64,000 bases of DNA from Candidatus Hydrogenedentota bacterium (GTDB lineage: Bacteria; Hydrogenedentota; Hydrogenedentia; Hydrogenedentales; SLHB01). The position numbers and the translations under genes are program-made. The notes below the pieces were generated by a model. That model ran no database searches. It was not told the origin of the DNA and saw only the letters and a program-made list of their open reading frames with translations. The stretch spans positions 896,001-960,000 of the forward strand of contig CAXXTH010000010.1 in NCBI GenBank assembly GCA_963668025.2, written 5' to 3'. Below are positions 60,520 to 64,000 of the stretch, piece by piece (within the stretch, counting starts at the first letter, position 1; each line of letters opens with the position of its first letter).

Positions 60520-60601
60520 GTCGGCGCTGGAAGTTGTGTCCGAAATGGGTTGCCGGGTAAGCCGTAGAAGCGTCCCCGATACGTATAGAGGAGATTTTTG
60601 A

Positions 60602-61477
60602 GTGAAATTCGGATTACATCTTTATGTATATGTGCGCGAGATGACGAACGCCACATGGGATATCCTGCCCAGGATCAAAGCATTGGGGTATGACGGCTGT
60701 GAAGTGCCATTGATGCCGGAGGAGCTGGACCATTTCGACTATGCTTTGGCTCTGGCGAAGCTGGAAGAGGCGGGCATGCTGGCAGTTGGCAGCACGGGGA
60801 TGACGCCGGACCTGTGCATTGCATCCGATGATGCGGCCGTGCGGGCGCGCGGCATGGCGCACATGAAGCACGCCATTGATTGCACGGCGGCGCTGGGCGC
60901 AACGGTCATCTCGGGAGCGTTGTACGCCGCCTTTGGATGGCGGCCCAGCCATGGCCGTACGCAGCAGCAATGGGTGCAGAGCGCGCGCAGTTTGAAAGAG
61001 CTTGCCCGGTATGCGGCTGATCGCAATGTGACGCTGACGCTCGAGGCGCTAAACCGGTACGAGCACTATTTCATCAACACGGTGGAAGATACGCTGAAGA
61101 TGATCACGGACGTGGGCGAGCCCAACGTCAAGGTTCATATGGATACCTATCATATGAACATCGAGGAACGGAATTTTTACCAGGCCGTGCTAAAGGCGGG
61201 GAGCCTGCTCGGCCATGTGCATTGCGCGGACAATGATCGCGGCATTCCTGGCACGGGGCATATTGATTGGAAAGGCTTTTTCAAGGGATTGCATGAGGTC
61301 CACTATGATGAGTGGATTATCGTCGAGTCCTTTTTCGAGCCCATACCTTCGATCGTGGATTTCTCGCCTATTTGGCGGCGGCTTGCGCCGGATGCGGATA
61401 CGCTTGGCCGGGAAGCGCTGCGCTTCATTAAATCGAGCCTTAAACAATATGCGCCTGAGCAGGCAGGAATTTTGTGA
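60602..61477 (+). CDS. ketose 3-epimerase (D-psicose/D-tagatose/L-ribulose family)
   Basis: LEALNRYE, MDTYHMNIEE, HVH, RGIPGTGH and VESF. Confidence 0.88.
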   Translation: MKFGLHLYVYVREMTNATWDILPRIKALGYDGCEVPLMPEELDHFDYALALAKLEEAGMLAVGSTGMTPDLCIASDDAAVRARGMAHMKHAIDCTAALGATVISGALYAAFGWRPSHGRTQQQWVQSARSLKELARYAADRNVTLTLEALNRYEHYFINTVEDTLKMITDVGEPNVKVHMDTYHMNIEERNFYQAVLKAGSLLGHVHCADNDRGIPGTGHIDWKGFFKGLHEVHYDEWIIVESFFEPIPSIVDFSPIWRRLAPDADTLGREALRFIKSSLKQYAPEQAGIL

Positions 61478-62664
61478 TGTATGTCGTAGCAGCAGGACAT
61501 ATCTGTATTGATATCACCCCGGATCTACAAGGCTGTTCCCGCGTAGATGATCTGCTGGCTCCGGGGGGGCTTGTGGCGGTGGGGCCGGCGAAGTTTGAAA
61601 CGGGCGGGGCCGTGGCGAACACGGGCACGGCGCTCCATGCGCTGGGATTCTCCACGCATTTGGTGTCGAAAGCAGGCCAGGACGCCATGGGCCAGATGCT
61701 TGACACCCTTCTTCAGGCGCATGGGCCCCAGCTTTCTTTGCATATAAAGAAGGCCCAAGGAGAATCGACATCTTATGCCCTAGTCGTGAATGCTCCGGGA
61801 AAAGACCGGTGCTTCTGGGCGCACTTCGGGGCGAATGAGTCTTTCGGATTGGATGACATACCGTGGGATGATTTGCCGGAAGGTGGGATTTTCTATTTTG
61901 GCTATCCGCCGTTGATGCGCCGCGTATGCGCGAATGGCGGTGCTGAATTGAAGGCAATTTTCGATGCCGCACACGCCAGGGGATTCGCCACCGCGCTGGA
62001 TTTTTGTACGCCAGACCCCTCGACGGAAGCAGGGCGCCTGGATTGGCGCGCCCTTCTTGAGAAGGTCTTGCCGTCCGTGGATGTCTTTGTTCCGAGCCTT
62101 CCGGAATTGCTGTTCATGGTGGACCGCCCCCGGTTTGAATCGCTATGCGCTCAAACGGAGGGGCCCGAGATCACCGGGCATATAGACGGAGCGCTGCTGC
62201 ATGAACTGGGCGGGCTGCTGGTGGCAATGGGCAGCGGGATCGTGGGAATCAAGCTGGGGGCGCATGGTTTTTATGCCCGTACGGCATCCCGCACCCGGCT
62301 GGAGAAGATACCTGCTTTGACATTAAACGGCTGGGGCGGTTTTGAATGCTGGGTTCCCTGCTTTGACGTTGAAGTACGTGGAACGAATGGATCGGGCGAC
62401 CGGGCAGTCGCTGGTTTCCTGTCGGCCATGGCGCATGGGCTTGATGTGCTTGCCGCCGCGCGCACGGCTTCGGGAGCTGGCGCGATGCATGTGGAGAATC
62501 CGCATGCGCCCTTCGATTGGGGCAAGCTTCAATCGCGATTGGCGGGCGATTGGGCAGTCCGGCCCTGTGTGCTGCATCTGGAGGGCTGGAGCCCTGCTCC
62601 CGGGCAAATGGGCTGCCTGCTGGGCCCAGCACATGCTGATAACCGCCTAGCCACCGTATCATAA
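61474..62664 (+). CDS. PfkB-family carbohydrate kinase
   Basis: GGAVANTG and GTNGSGD motifs. Confidence 0.88.
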   Translation: MMYVVAAGHICIDITPDLQGCSRVDDLLAPGGLVAVGPAKFETGGAVANTGTALHALGFSTHLVSKAGQDAMGQMLDTLLQAHGPQLSLHIKKAQGESTSYALVVNAPGKDRCFWAHFGANESFGLDDIPWDDLPEGGIFYFGYPPLMRRVCANGGAELKAIFDAAHARGFATALDFCTPDPSTEAGRLDWRALLEKVLPSVDVFVPSLPELLFMVDRPRFESLCAQTEGPEITGHIDGALLHELGGLLVAMGSGIVGIKLGAHGFYARTASRTRLEKIPALTLNGWGGFECWVPCFDVEVRGTNGSGDRAVAGFLSAMAHGLDVLAAARTASGAGAMHVENPHAPFDWGKLQSRLAGDWAVRPCVLHLEGWSPAPGQMGCLLGPAHADNRLATVS

Positions 62665-62815
62665 ATTTGCATCAGGTGTTATGTAGGCGTTCCTTGCCTG
62701 GTTAACTGCTTTCGAGGGAATAGCGGCTAGACAGGAATAAAGGCATTCCGTGCGTGAGGGGCATTTTAAGGTTTGTTGTTATAGCTAGGTAATCGTACCA
62801 AATAGGAGAAAAACA

Positions 62816-63979
62816 ATGATGAGAGCAGGAAAGAGTAAAAAGGGCGGATTCACTCTAATCGAATTGTTGGTGGTGATCGCCATTATAGCGATTCTAGCGG
62901 CCATCCTATTACCCGCTTTGGCGCGTGCGCGCGAAGCGGCCCGAAGGGCCTCATGCCAGAGCAATCTCAAGCAATGGGGCATCATCTTCAAAATGTATGC
63001 GGGAGAGAACAAGAGCGCGTTCCCGAAGCCGGGCGAATGGGTGATCGAGGGGAAACTAGCCAGGGGAAAGATAAGTGGGAGCATCAGCCCCATGGGCGTT
63101 GATTCGGTGAGCCTGTATCCGGATTACTGGAATGATCCCAGCATCATGATTTGCCCTTCGGACAACCGTTCTCCATCACAAGATTATACCCAGAGAGACG
63201 CCGTGGCGACGGCCGTGGGGGATGTGGGAATCGAAGAAGACATCGTGGCGCAGATCAAAGAGCTGAATGAGGTTACCACCGATCGTAATTTGGCGAAAGT
63301 AGCCGTTAATGCGGTGCTTTCCCATCCTGTTTCCTACATCTATATGCCCTATGCGGTGAAAACGCCCACCCAATTCCATTTTGTGGAGTATTCGCTGCGA
63401 GGCTGGACCTGGTATGCGAGTGTTATCGGCGGAACTGTTTCGTCCGATTATCCCACGCAAGACCCAATCTTATATGCAGGTGAAGTAACTGCGTTATCGG
63501 TGTGGCCTTCGCAATGGGGGACGTTGGGTTATATTAAAGGCCGTGGTTCTGTGGATATTCCCATGGGGATATACACGCAGAATAAATTATACGATACTGG
63601 CGGTGTTGCGCTACCGGGCAGCATTCCTCGATTGAAGGAAGGCGTCGAGCGCTTCTTCATCACTGATATCAACAATCCTGCAGCGGGAGCTATAGGGCAG
63701 AGCAGCCTGGTGGTCATGGTGGATGCCTGGGGCACGCAACTAGGGCAAACCATCACCGCAGCAGCCGGAAGCGGGGTCACGGTCTTTAATCATCTGCCGG
63801 GCGGCGCGAACGTATTGGCGATGGACGGCCATGTCGAGTTTATTCGGTACAAGACCGTTTCCGACGCCACGACACTCAATGGGCTGGCGTGGGCGTGCTG
63901 TGGTATCACTAATCAGGTGGGCAATTGCCGGGATGTCGGATTCAGCACGTATATGGCGTGTGCGGGCGGGCAAAACTAA
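62816..63979 (+). CDS. prepilin-type N-terminal cleavage/DUF1559 protein with H-X9-DG motif
   Basis: [32 protein letters not shown] and [15 protein letters not shown]. Confidence 0.92.
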   Translation: MMRAGKSKKGGFTLIELLVVIAIIAILAAILLPALARAREAARRASCQSNLKQWGIIFKMYAGENKSAFPKPGEWVIEGKLARGKISGSISPMGVDSVSLYPDYWNDPSIMICPSDNRSPSQDYTQRDAVATAVGDVGIEEDIVAQIKELNEVTTDRNLAKVAVNAVLSHPVSYIYMPYAVKTPTQFHFVEYSLRGWTWYASVIGGTVSSDYPTQDPILYAGEVTALSVWPSQWGTLGYIKGRGSVDIPMGIYTQNKLYDTGGVALPGSIPRLKEGVERFFITDINNPAAGAIGQSSLVVMVDAWGTQLGQTITAAAGSGVTVFNHLPGGANVLAMDGHVEFIRYKTVSDATTLNGLAWACCGITNQVGNCRDVGFSTYMACAGGQN

Positions 63980-64000
63980 TCCGCTGCTCCGCCAGATATT

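Overview
Bacterial chromosomal window of moderately high GC. The DUF1559 prepilin and cohesin-domain proteins suggest Candidatus Hydrogenedentes or a PVC-like lineage, which is an inference. Housekeeping genes include a sigma-70 factor, apt, tRNA-Ser(CGA), dapL, pstSCAB, cstA, aceE-aceF...lpdA, pilMNOPQ, pilB and a D,D-carboxypeptidase. Accessory elements are a complete type II-C CRISPR-Cas9 locus (cas9-cas1-cas2, 24 repeats and 23 spacers, tracrRNA), a RAYT transposase flanked by GTAG REPs, a 1989-bp two-ORF IS with 14-bp TIRs and a 7-bp TSD, a frameshifted HEPN-MNT module, and a sugar locus (SSS, GH127-like, GntR/LacI regulator, 3-epimerase, PfkB, DUF1559). The most unusual signals are: a family of ~27-nt, 9-nt-periodic intergenic repeats that nest inside one another and co-cluster with REPs; a 6 x 137-bp tandem array built from one of these repeats; a duplicated dapL 3' end flanking the RAYT module; promoter motifs embedded in the CRISPR repeats and anti-repeat; an AT-rich Cas9 PAM-interacting tail; and a perfect 35-bp-arm palindrome capping the array. 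All calls come from reading the sequence; no searches were run.
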